A stretch of DNA of 64,000 nt, taken from NCBI GenBank assembly GCA_002748415.1, contig PDSI01000248.1:35567-99566 (forward strand), in the 5' to 3' direction. Below are positions 1 through 33,700 of the stretch, piece after piece. The position numbers and the translations under genes were made by a program. The notes beneath the pieces are model-generated. The model saw only the letters and a list, made by a program, of their open reading frames with translations. It was not told the origin of the DNA and ran no database searches. The DNA is from Micrococcales bacterium. Its GTDB lineage: Bacteria; Actinomycetota; Actinomycetes; Actinomycetales; CAWJMD01. Each line of letters opens with the position of its first letter. Position 1 is the stretch's first letter.

Positions 1-21781
<21,781 letters not shown>

Positions 21782-21785
<4 letters not shown>

Positions 21786-24700
21786 AGAACGTCGAGGACC
21801 TGTACCCGCTCTCGCCCCTGCAGCAGGGGATGCTCTTCCACGGGCTGCTCGAGCCCGGGTCGAGCATGTACTTCCAGCGGGCGCACTGGCTCCTCGAGGG
21901 AGCGCTCGACCCCGCCGCGCTGCGCCGCGCGTGGCAGGAGACGGTCGACCGCCACCCGATGCTGCGGACGTGCTTCGTCTGGGAGAAGGCCAAGCAACCG
22001 CTTCAGGTCGTGCGCCGCGCGGTGCGCCTGCCGTTCGACGTGCACGACCTGCGCGACCTCGACGGCGACAAGCAGGAGGCGCGGATCGCGGTGCTGCTCG
22101 ACGAGGACCGCGACCGCGGCTTCGACTTCGCCCGGCCGCCGCTGATGCGCGTGACGCTCCTGCGCACCGCGGACGAGGCGCACCACCTCGTCTGGAGCTT
22201 CCACCACCTGCTGCTCGACGGCTGGAGCGTGGCGTCGGTCCTGCGCGAGGTCTTCGGCCGCTACGCCGAACCCGAGCAATTCGCTTCGAACGGCGGGTCG
22301 CACCCCGTCCGGCCGTACCGCGACTACATCGCGTGGCTCGGCGAGCAGGATCTCGATGGCGCCGAGGCCTACTGGCGCCGGACGCTCGCGGGCTTCGACG
22401 AGCCCACGCCGCTGGGCGTCGACCATCCCGGGCGCGAGCGCGAGCCGGAGGCCGAGCCGGGCGTGCACCGCGCCGCGGTGCCGGTGGAGACCATCGAGGC
22501 GTTCGCCGCCCGCGCGCGCAGCCTGGGCGTGACGGTGAACGCCGCCGCTCAGGGCGCCTGGGCGCTCCTGCTGTCGCGCTACAGCGGGCGCGACGACGTC
22601 GTCTTCGGCACGACCGTCGCAGGCCGCCCGCCCGGCCTGCCCGGGGTCGAGGAGATGATCGGGCTGTTCATCAACACGCTGCCGGTGCGCGTGCGGCTCG
22701 ACGGCGACGAGCGGGTCGAGGACTGGCTGCGGCGCATGCAGCGCGAGCAGGCAGAGCTGCGCGAGTACGACTTCAGCCCGCTCGCGCAGGTGCAGGGGTG
22801 GAGTGAGGTCCCCGCCGGCACCGGCCTCTTCGAGTCGCTGTTCGTGTTCGAGAACTACCCCGTCGGCGCGCCCGCCGGCGGCGTGGGCGACGGACTTCGC
22901 ATCACGCCCGTCGACGCCCGGGAGCACACGAACTACCCGCTGTCGGTGGCCGTCGTGGCGGGCGAGGAGCTCGTCCTCGACGTGTCCTACGACCGCCGCC
23001 GGCTCGACGCCGGCACCGTCCAGCGGCTGTGCGACCACTACGCGCGCCTGCTCGACGGGATCGCGGGAGCGCCGGCGGCGCGCGTCGACGAGCTGGGTCT
23101 GCTGTCGCCCGCGGAGCGCCTCCGGCTGCTGTCGGACCTCAACCCGCCGCCGATCACGGTCACCGGCCCGCCGCTGCACGAGCAGGTCGCCGCGCGCGCC
23201 GCCGAGACCCCGGACGCCATCGCCGCCGTACACGGCGACGACCGGCTCACCTACGCCGAGTTCGATGCGAGCGCGAACCGCCTGGCCCAGCACCTGGCCC
23301 GGGCCGGCGTCGGCCGCGGCGACGTCGCTGCCGTGTGCCTCGAGCGCTCGCTCGACCTGCCCGTCGCGCTGCTCGCGGTCCTGAAGGCGGGTGCGGCCTA
23401 CGTGCCGGTCGATCCCGCGTATCCGCCGCAGCGTCTCGCCTTCATGCTCGAGGAGACGGGGGCGCCGGTGGTGCTCACCCACGAGCGCCTCCTCGCGCGG
23501 CTCCCGGACGGCGTGGCGACGCCGGTCGTGCTCGACCGCGACGCCGGCGCGATCGATCGCCTCCCCGCGGTCGCCCCGGACGTGCGCGCGGCACCGGACG
23601 ACCTCGCCTACGTCATCTACACGTCGGGCTCGACGGGACGGCCGAAGGGCGTGTGCATCGAGCACCGGGCGCTCGCGTCCTACGTGGAGGCGGCGCGTCG
23701 CTGGTACGGGATGGAGGCGGCCGACCGCGTCGTGCAGTTCTCGTCGATCACCTTCGACGCCAGCGTCGACGAGGTCTTCCCCTGCCTCGCCTCCGGGGCG
23801 GCGCTTCTGTTGCCGTCGGCCGAGGTGATCGCCTCGCCCGCCGACCTGCTCGAGGCCTGCGACGCGTGGGGCGCGACCGTGCTGATGGTCCCGACGGCGT
23901 ACTGGCACGAGCTCGTCGCGTCGGCCGCCGGCTCCGAGCGCAGGCTGCCGCCCTCGCTGCGGGTGCTGGTTTTCGGCGGCGAGCAGGCGATGCCGAGCCT
24001 CGCCGCGGCGTGGGTCGACATCGCGGCGACGACCGGCTGCCGCGCGCTGAACTCGTACGGCGCGACTGAGGCCACCGTCGGCTCGACCCTGCTCGAGCTC
24101 GCGCCGGAACACGTCGATGCGCAGGGGCCGCGCGTCCCGGTGGGCCGGCCGATGGCCAACAGCGAGGTCTACGTGCTCGACCGGCGCCTCGAGCCGGTGC
24201 CCGACGGCGTCGCGGGGGAGATCTGCCTCGGCGGCGGCTCGGTCGCCGCGGGCTACCTGCACCGGCCGGGGCTCACCGCGACGCGCTTCGTCGCGCACCC
24301 GTTCGCCGGCCGCCCGGGCGACCGGCTGTACCGCACCGGTGACCTCGGGCGGTTCCGCCCCGACGGGACGCTCGAGGTCCTCGGCCGCGTCGACGACCAG
24401 GTCAAGGTCCGCGGCTTCCGCATCGAGCTCGGCGAGATCGAGGCCGCGCTCACCGGCTGTGACCGCGTCCGCGAGGCCGTCGTCGCCGCGCGCGACGAGG
24501 GCGGCGAGAAGCGCCTCGTCGCGTACGTCGTCCCCGACGGCGCGACGCCCACGACGACGGACCTGCGCGCCGACCTCCGCCGGGTGCTCCCTGACTACAT
24601 GGTCCCGTCGGCCTTCGTCACGCTCGACGCGCTGCCCGTCACCGTCGGCGGCAAGGTCGACCGGCGCGCGCTCCCCGCGCCGACGGGCGCACGACCCGAG

Positions 24701-27700
24701 TTCGCCGAGCAGTTCGTGCCGCCGCGGACGGAGCCCGAGCAGGTGCTCGCCGCGGTGTGGGAGGAGGTGCTCGGCGTCGATCGCGTGGGCGCGAACGACA
24801 ACTTCTTCGAGCTCGGCGGCGACTCGATCCTCTCGATCCAGATCGTCGCCCGGGCGCGCCAGCGCGGCGTCACGATCACCCCCAAGCAGCTCTTCGACCA
24901 TCAGACCGTGGCGGCGCTCGCCGCGGCGGCCACCGACGCCGTCAGCGTCGACGCGCAGCAGGACGCGGTCGAGGGAGACGCGCCGCTCACCCCGATCCAG
25001 CGGTGGTTCACCGAGCAGCCGCTGCCCGACGCGCACCACTTCAACCAGTCGGTGCTGCTCGCGCTCGCGCCCGGCGTCGACGCCGAGGCGCTGGCGACGG
25101 CCGTCCGCGCGCTGGGCGTCCACCACGACGCGCTGCGGCTGCGTCTCCGGGGCGATGCACAGCACTTCGCGCCGGCCGAAGCCGTGCCTGAGCTCGAGCA
25201 GCTCGAGACCACTGACGTGGAGACGTCCGCGGCCGAGCTCCAGGCCGGCCTCGACCACCTCGCCGGCCCGGTGGCGCGGTTCGTGCGGCTGGGCGTGGAA
25301 CGGCTGCTGATCGTCGTCCACCACCTCGCCGTCGATGCCGTGTCGTGGCGGATCCTGCTCGAGGACCTCGCCCGGGCGTACGAGCAGGCCGCCGCCGGAG
25401 AGAGCGTCGACCTCGGCCCGAAGACGACGTCGTTCAAGCGCTGGGCCGAGCGGCTCGCCGAGCACGCCCGCGACGACGCCGCCGCGGCCGAGGCGCCGTT
25501 CTGGCTCGCCCTGGGCGACGGCGCCCCGGCGCGGCTTCCGCTCGACCACGCGGGCGGCGAGAACGCCGTCGCGACGAGCGAGACCATCACGGTCGAGCTC
25601 GACGAGGCCGAGACACGTGCGCTGCTGCACGACGTGCCCGCCGCGTACCGGAGCCGGATCAACGACGTCCTGTTGACCGCGTTCGCACGGGCGCTCTGCC
25701 GCTGGACCGGCGACGCGGCCGCGCTCGTCGACCTCGAGGGCCACGGCCGCGAGGAGATCTTCGACGACGTCGACCTGTCGCGGACGGTCGGCTGGTTCAC
25801 CACGACGTTCCCGGTCGTCCTCGAGCCGGGCAGCGACGAGCCGGGCGCCGCGCTGAAGGCGATCAAGGAGCAGCTCCGGGCGATCCCGCGCAACGGCATC
25901 GGGTACGGGCTCCTGCGCCACCTGCGCGGCGACGAGCAGCTTGCCCGGCAGCTCGACGACCGCTTCCCGCCGCTCGTCAGCTTCAACTACCTCGGCCGGC
26001 TCGACACGGGCGCGCCCGGCGAGGAGAGCACCTTCGGCCCGGCGCCGGAGCCCGCCGGGCCCGCGATCGCCGCGAGCGGCCGGCGCTCCCATCTGGTCGA
26101 GGTCAACGCGGCGGTCAGCGGCGGTCGCCTCGGCGCGGCCTGGACCTTCTCGCGTGCGCTCCACGACGCCGAGACGATCGCCGCGGTCGCAGACGCGTTC
26201 GCCGAGGGGCTGCGCCTGCTGATCGCCCATTGCACGAGCGACGTCGCCGGCGGGTGCACGCCGTCGGACTTCCCGCTCGCCGGACTCGACCAGGCGTCGC
26301 TCGACCGGCTCGTCGGCGACGGCCGCACGGTGGAGGACCTCTACCCGCTGTCCCCGCTGCAGGAGGGGATGCTCTTCCACACGCTCGCCGCGCCCGAGTC
26401 GACCCAGTACTTCGAGCAGGTGCACTGGGAGCTCAGCGGGCCGCTCGACGCGGAGCGCCTGGGCGAGGCGTTCCAGGCCGCGGCCGACCGCCACCCGATC
26501 CTCCGCACCGCGATCCTCCTCGACGACGACGGGCGTGCGCTGCAGGTCGTGCGCCGCGAGGCGCGGGTCCCGTTCGACGTCGTCGACCTCACCGGGCCGG
26601 CCGCCGAGCAGCGCGTCACCGCGTTGCTCGAGGAGGACCGCGCCGCCGGCTTCGCGCTCGACCGCGCGCCGCTGATGCGCGTGCTGCTCATCCGCGTCGG
26701 CGAGCGCGAGCACCACTTCGTCTGGAGCTTCCACCACCTGCTGCTGGACGGCTGGAGCGTCTCGACGGTGCTCGCCGAGGTCTTCGCCGCGTACGGCGAT
26801 CCCGCGGCGCAACCCCTACACGCGCGGCCGTACCGCGACTACATCGCGTGGCTGCACGACCGGGGCCGCGACGGCGCGAAGCGCTTCTGGCAGGAGCGAC
26901 TCGCCGGGTTCGAGACGCCCACGCCGCTCGGCGTGGATCGCCAGCCCCGCCCTGACGAGGAGCCCGGCGAGCCCGGCAGCCACGAGGCGACGGTCTCGCC
27001 CGAGCTGACCGCGCGCCTGTCGGAGTTCGCGCGGTCGCGGCGCGTTGCGCTCAACACGCTCGTGCAGGCGGGCTGGGCGCTGCTGCTGTCGCACTACAGC
27101 GGCGAGCGCGACGTCGTGTTCGGCGCCACCGTCTCCGGCAGGCCGCCGGAGCTCGAGGGCGTCGAGCAGATGATCGGCCTGTTCATCAACACGCTGCCGG
27201 TTCGCGTCCGCATCGACCGCGACGAGCCGGTCGACGCGTGGCTCGCGCGGCTGCAGCGCGAGCAGACGGAGGCCCATCAGCACGAGCACAGCCCGCTCGC
27301 GCAGATCCAGGGCTGGAGCGACGTGGGCGGCGGCCGGCCGCTCTTCGAGTCGTTGCTGGTCTTCGAGAACTACCCACTCGCCGCGTCGTCCGACGACGTC
27401 GACCGGCCCGAGCTCGAGATCACCGCAGCCGAGGCGCGCGAGCACACGAACTACCCGATGTCCGTCGTCGTCTCGCCGGGCGACGTCCTGTCCGTCCACC
27501 TGTTCTACGACCGCCGGCGCTTCGACGCGGCGACCGTCGAGCGGTTCGCCGGCCACTACGAGCGGCTGCTCGAGGCGATGGTCGAGCGGCCCGACGCGAG
27601 CCCGTCGGAGCTGTCGCCGTTGTCGGCGGAGGAGCGGCGGCGGTTGGTGGTGGAGTGGAACGCGACGGGGGCGGCGTTCTCGCCTGAGCGGCCGGTGCAT

Positions 27701-30700
27701 GCGTTGATCGGCGACCGGGCGGGGGAGTGCCCGGGTGCGGTGGCGGTGTCGGCGGAGGAGGGGTCGCTGACGTTCGCCGAGCTGGAGGCGCGGGCGAACC
27801 AGGTGGCGCATCACCTGCTGGGACTCGGGGTGGGGCGCGGGTCGCTGGTGGCGGTGGTGGCGGAGCGCTCGGTGGAGATGGTCGTGGGGCTGCTGGGGGT
27901 GTTGAAGGCCGGCGCGGCGTACGTGCCGCTTGATCCTGAGTATCCGGCTGACCGGCTTGCGTTCATGCTCGAGGACACCGACGCGCAGGTGGTCCTCACG
28001 CACGAGCGGTTCGCCGACCGGTTCACCGATCGCAAGGTCGTCGTGCTGGACGGCGGCTGGGAGGAGATCTCGCGTCGCCCTGCGTCGGATCCGGGCATCG
28101 CGATCGGGCCGGACGACGTGGCGTATGTGATCTACACGTCGGGGTCGACGGGTCGGCCGAAGGGCGTGTTGATCGAGCACGGCGGGTTGGTGCAGCGGGT
28201 GCTGTCGCTGCAGGCGCGCTACCCGCTGGGCTCGGAGGATCGGGTGTTGCAGAAGACGCCGTACACGTTCGACGTGTCGATCCTGGATCTGTTCTGGCCG
28301 CTTGTGGCGGGCAGCCGGCTGGTGATGGCGCGGCCCGGCGGGCACGGCGACCCGGCCTATTTGCAGGAGGTCTGTGCGCGCGAGCGGATCTCGGTGCTGC
28401 ATTTCGTGCCGTCGATGCTCGACGCGTTGTTGGAGTTCGGGTTCGACGCGCCGGCGTGCTTGCGGTTGGTGTTCTGCATGGGCGAGGCGCTGAGCGTGCG
28501 TCTGGTCGACCGGTTCTTCGTAGTGTCCGATGCCGAGCTGCACGACGGCTACGGGCCGACGGAGGCGACGATCGCGATGATCTTCTCGGCGTGCTCGCCG
28601 GGGATGGACGGCGTGAGCGTGCCGATCGGCCGGCCGATCGCCAACACCGAGGTTTACATCGTCGACGACGCGTTCTCGCCGGTGCCCGTCGGGGTGGCCG
28701 GGGAGCTGTGCCTGGGCGGGATCGGGATCGCGCGCGGCTATCTCAACCGGCCGGGGTTGAGCGCGGAGCGGTTCGTCGCCGACGCGTTCTCCGGGCGCCC
28801 GGGGGCGCGGCTGTACCGCACGGGCGATCTTGCGCGGTATCGGCCCGACGGGACGATCGAGTTCCTCGGCCGCCTCGATCATCAGGTCAAGGTCCGCGGG
28901 TTCCGCGTCGAGCTCGGCGAGATCGAGGCCGCCCTCGCCGCCCACCCCCAGGTTCACGACGCGGTCGTGGTGGCGCGGGGCGCGGAGGGGCAGCAGCGGC
29001 TCGTCGCGTACCTCGTCGGGGACGGCGCGGCGGAGCCGAGCAGCGGCGCGGTGCGGGAGCACCTCAACCAGACGCTGCCCGAGTACATGGTGCCCGCGGC
29101 GTTCGTCACGCTCGACAGGCTGCCGCTGAACCCGAGCGGCAAGGTCGACCGCCTCGCGCTCCCCGACCCCGGCGAAGGCCGCGACGCCGCGGTCGACGGC
29201 GCGTACGTGGAGCCGCGGACCGCTGAGGAGCGGGCGCTCGCCGAGGTGTGGGCGGCGGTGCTTAGGGTCGAGCGCGTCGGGGTCCACGACAACTTCTTCG
29301 AGCTCGGCGGCGACTCCATCCTCTCCATCCAGGTCGTCACGCGGGCGCGCCGCGCGGGCATCGGCACCTCGCCGCGCGAGCTCTTCGAGCACCCGACGAT
29401 CGCCCAGCTGGCGCAGGTCGCCGGCACCGCCGACACACCGCCCGCCGAGCAGGGACCCGTGACCGGCGACGCGCCGCTCACCCCGATCCAGCGCTGGTTC
29501 ACCGAGCAGCGCCTCGCCGACGCGCACCACTTCAACCAGTCGGTGCTGCTCGAGGTCCCGCCGGACCTCGACGCACCGGCGCTGGAATGCGCCGTGGCTG
29601 CGCTCGGCCTCCAGCACGACGTTCTGCGCGCGCGGTTCCACGGGGCGCGGCAGGCGTTCACCGCGACGGCCGCGGCTCCCGCGCTCGAGCTCGTCGACGC
29701 CGCCGCCGGCGTCGAGCAGGCCGCGGCAGCGCTGCAGGCGAGCCTCGACATCGAGCACGGGCCGATCGCGCGCTTCGCCCTCGTCACGGCACCCGGCGAG
29801 GTCGTCCGCCTGCTCGTCGTGATCCACCATCTCGCCGTCGACGCGGTGTCGTGGTCGGTCCTCCTCGACGACCTCTCGCGCGGGTACGAGCAGGCGCTCC
29901 GCGGCGAGGACGTCGACCTCGGGCCGAAGACCACCTCGTTCAAGCGCTGGGCCGAGCTGCTCGACGAGCTCGCGCAGGGCGACGCGCTCGCCGACGAGGC
30001 GGCGTACTGGCGGGCGCTCCCGGCCGCGCCGCCGCTGCCGGTGGATCGTCCGGGCGGGGAGAACACCGTCGGCTCGAGCCGCGCCGTGACGGTCTCGCTC
30101 GACCCCGCGACGACGGACCGGCTGCTGCACGGCGCGGCCGCGGCGTACCGGGCGCAACCGGTGGACCTCCTCCTCACCGCGATGACGCAGGCGCTCTGCG
30201 ACTGGAGCGGCGGCGGAGCCGCGGCGTTCGCGCTCGAGGGCCACGGCCGCGAGGAGCACCTGCTCGACGGCGTCGACCTGTCGCGGACCGTCGGCTGGTT
30301 CACCACGCTCTTCCCGGTCGTCCTGACGCCCGCCGACGATCCGGCGCGCGCGCTGAAGACGGTCAAGGAGCAGCTGCGCGCCACGCCCCGGGGCGGCATC
30401 GGGTACGGGCTGCTGCGCCACCTGGGCCCCGACGACGGGCTGCGCCGCGTGCTCGCCGACGCCCATCCGCAGGTCAGCTTCAACTACCTGGGACAGGTCG
30501 ACGCGTCCGGCGAAGGGCTCTTCCGCCCGGCGGGCGAGTCCGCGGGGCCCGAGGCCGCGCCGGCCGCGCTGCGCCCGCACGTCCTCGACATCGTCGCGGC
30601 GGTGGGGGAGGGGAGCCTCGGCGTCGCGCTCACCTACTCGCAGGACCTCCACGACGAGGAGACGGTGCGCGACCTCGCGGACCGCTTCGCCGCCCGGCTG

Positions 30701-33700
30701 CGCGTGCTCGTCGAGCACTGCGCGGGCCCGGTTGCCGGCGGCTGCACGCCGTCGGACTTCCCGCTCGCGGCCCTCGACCAGCTCGAGCTCGACCGGCTGG
30801 TCGGCAACGGGCGCGGCGTCGAGGACCTGTACCCGCTCACCCCGCTGCAGCAGGGGATGGCCTTCCACAGCGTCCTCGATCCCGGCTCGGGCGTCTACGT
30901 CCAGCGCGGGCGCTGGCGCCTGGACGGCGTGCTGGACGGCGAGGCGCTCGAGCGCGCGTGGCGCGACACCGTGGCGCGCCATCCCGTCCTGCGCTCCGCG
31001 GTCGTCACGGACGAGCGGGGGCGCTCGCTCCAGCTCGTGCAGCGCTCGGTCGAGCTGCCGTTCGTGCGCGAGGATCTGCGCGGCCTCGACGCCGAGGCTC
31101 GCGCGGCGCGCATCCAGGCGCTCCTCGACGGCGACGCACTGGCCGGCTTCGACCTTGCGAGCCCGCCGCTCATGCGCCTGTGGCTGCTGCGGACCGGCGA
31201 CGACGAGCACGAGCTGGTCTGGAGCTTCCACCACCTCCTCCTCGACGGGTGGAGCGTCGGGGCGGTGCTCGCGGAGGTCTTCGGGCGCTACGGGGACCCC
31301 GCGTTCGACCGCGGCGCGGGCGGCGCCCCGAGGCGCCCGTTCCGCGACTACGTCGCCTGGCTCGCCGGTCGCGACCCGTCCGAGACCGAGGCGTTCTGGC
31401 GGCGGACGCTGAGCGGGTTCGACGCGGCGACGCCGCTCGGCATCGACCGCGCCGTCGCGCCGGAGGGGGCCGAGGACGAGCCGGGCTCGTTCGAGCTCGC
31501 GCTGCCGGCCGACGCCACCGCACGGCTCACGGCGTTCGCGCGCGCCCAGCGGCTCACGCTCAACACGCTCGTACAGGGCGCCTGGGCGCTGCTGCTCAGC
31601 CGGTACAGCGGCGGCCGGGACGTCGTCTTCGGCACGACCGTCTCCGGCCGCCCCGCCGACCTCGACGGCGTCGAGCAGATGATCGGCCTGTTCATCAACA
31701 CGCTCCCGGTGCGCGTGGAGGTCGACCAAGAGGCGCAGGTCGCGGGCTGGCTCGGCAGCCTCCAGGGGGAGCAGGCCGAGCTGCGGCAGTTCGAGCACAG
31801 CGCGCTCCCGGACGTGCAGGCGGCGAGCGACGTCCCTGCCGGCCAGCCGCTGTTCGAGTCGCTGCTGGTCTTCGAGAACTTCCCGATCGACGCGGTGCGC
31901 GGCGAGGGCGGGCAGGCCTCGCTGAGCGTCACGCCGCTCGACGCGCGCGAGCACACCAACTACCCGCTCTCGATGGCGGTCCTCACGGGCGAGGAGCTCG
32001 TCTGCGACGTCTCGTACGACCGGCGGCGCTTCGACGCGAGCGCGATCGCGCGGCTCGCCCGGCACTTCGCGCGGCTGCTCGAGGCGCTGGCCGAGCGTCC
32101 GGAGGCGAGGCTCGCCGAGCTCTCGCCGCTCGACGAGGACGAGCTGCACCAGCTGCTCGTGGAGTGGAACGACACCGACGCCGACACGGCCGCGCCCGTG
32201 CTCGACCGCTTCGCCGAGCAGGTGGCGCGCCGGCCCGACGCGGTCGCGGTGGCCGCGCCGGACGGCAACGTCACCTACGCCGAGCTCGACGCGAGCGCCA
32301 ACCGCCTCGCGCACGCGCTCCGCGACCACGGCGTGGGTCGCGAGACCCTGGTCGGCGTCTGCCTGCCGCGGTCGGTCGACACCGTCGTGACGCTGCTCGC
32401 CGTGCTGCGCGCAGGCGGGGCCTACCTACCGCTCGACCCGGGCTACCCCGCCGAGCGCCTCGCGTTCATGGTCGCGGACGCCCGCGCCTCCGTGCTCGTC
32501 ACGCGCGGGGACGTGACCGTCGACCTGCCTGTCGGCGATGCCCGCGTCGTGCGGCTCGACGAGGACGCCGACGCCATCGCCGCTCAGCCGCCCGCGCCTC
32601 CGGACGTCGACATCGACGGCGGCGCACTGGCGTACGTCGTCTACACGTCCGGCTCGACCGGCCGCCCGAAAGGCGTGCTCGCCGAGCACGCCGGCCTCGC
32701 GAACCTGATCGACGCGGACATCGACGCGTTCGGGCTGTCGAGCGACAGCAGCGTGCTCGCGTACGCGCCGCTCAGCTTCGACCTGTCGATCCAGGAGATC
32801 CTGATGACGCTGTGCGTCGGCGGGCGCCTGGTCGTCGCGCCGGCCGACCGGCTGCTCCCCGACGGCGGCCTCGGCGAGCTGCTGCGGGAGGAGCGCATCA
32901 CGGCGCTGCAGATGCCGCCGCTCGCCTGGGCGGCACTCGAGCCGGAGGAGCAGCCCGATCTCGAGGCGGTGCTCACCGGCTCCGACCGCGTGCCGCACGA
33001 GCTCGTCGAGCGCTGGGCCGGCGCGGGCAAGCGGGTGCTCAACGTCTATGGCTCGACGGAGGCCACCGCGGACAGCACCGTCCACGTCTGCGTCGCCGGC
33101 GACCCGATCCCGCCGGCGGTCGGCCGGCCGCTCGCCAACACGCGGCTGTATCTCGTCGACGCCGATCTCGAGCCCGTGCCCGTCGGCGTTCCCGGCGAGA
33201 TCTGCATCGGCGGCGCGGGGGTCGCACGCGGCTACCTGCACCGCCCGGGCCTCACCGCGGAGCGCTTCGTCGCCGACCCCTTCTCGGACGCGGCGGGCGC
33301 ACGGCTGTACCGGACGGGGGACCTCGGCCGGTACCGCGACGACGGCACGCTCGAGTTCCTCGGCCGCGTCGACCACCAGGTCAAGGTGCGCGGTTTCCGC
33401 GTCGAGGTCGGCGAGGTCGAGCGCGCGCTCGCGGCGCATCCCGCGATCGACGAGGCGGTCGTCGCCGTGCGCGGCGAGGGCGACCGGCGCCGGCTGGTGG
33501 CGTACCTCGTAACGACCGAGGCCGCGCCCGACGTCGCCGAGCTGCGCGCGCACCTGCGCACGACGCTCCCGGACTACATGGTGCCCGCGGCGTTCGTGAC
33601 GCGGGACGCGCTGCCGCTGACGCCGACCGGCAAGATCGACCGGCGTGCGCTTCCGGAGCCCGGCGCCGCGCGGCCGCGCGGCGCCGCCGAGCTCGTCCAG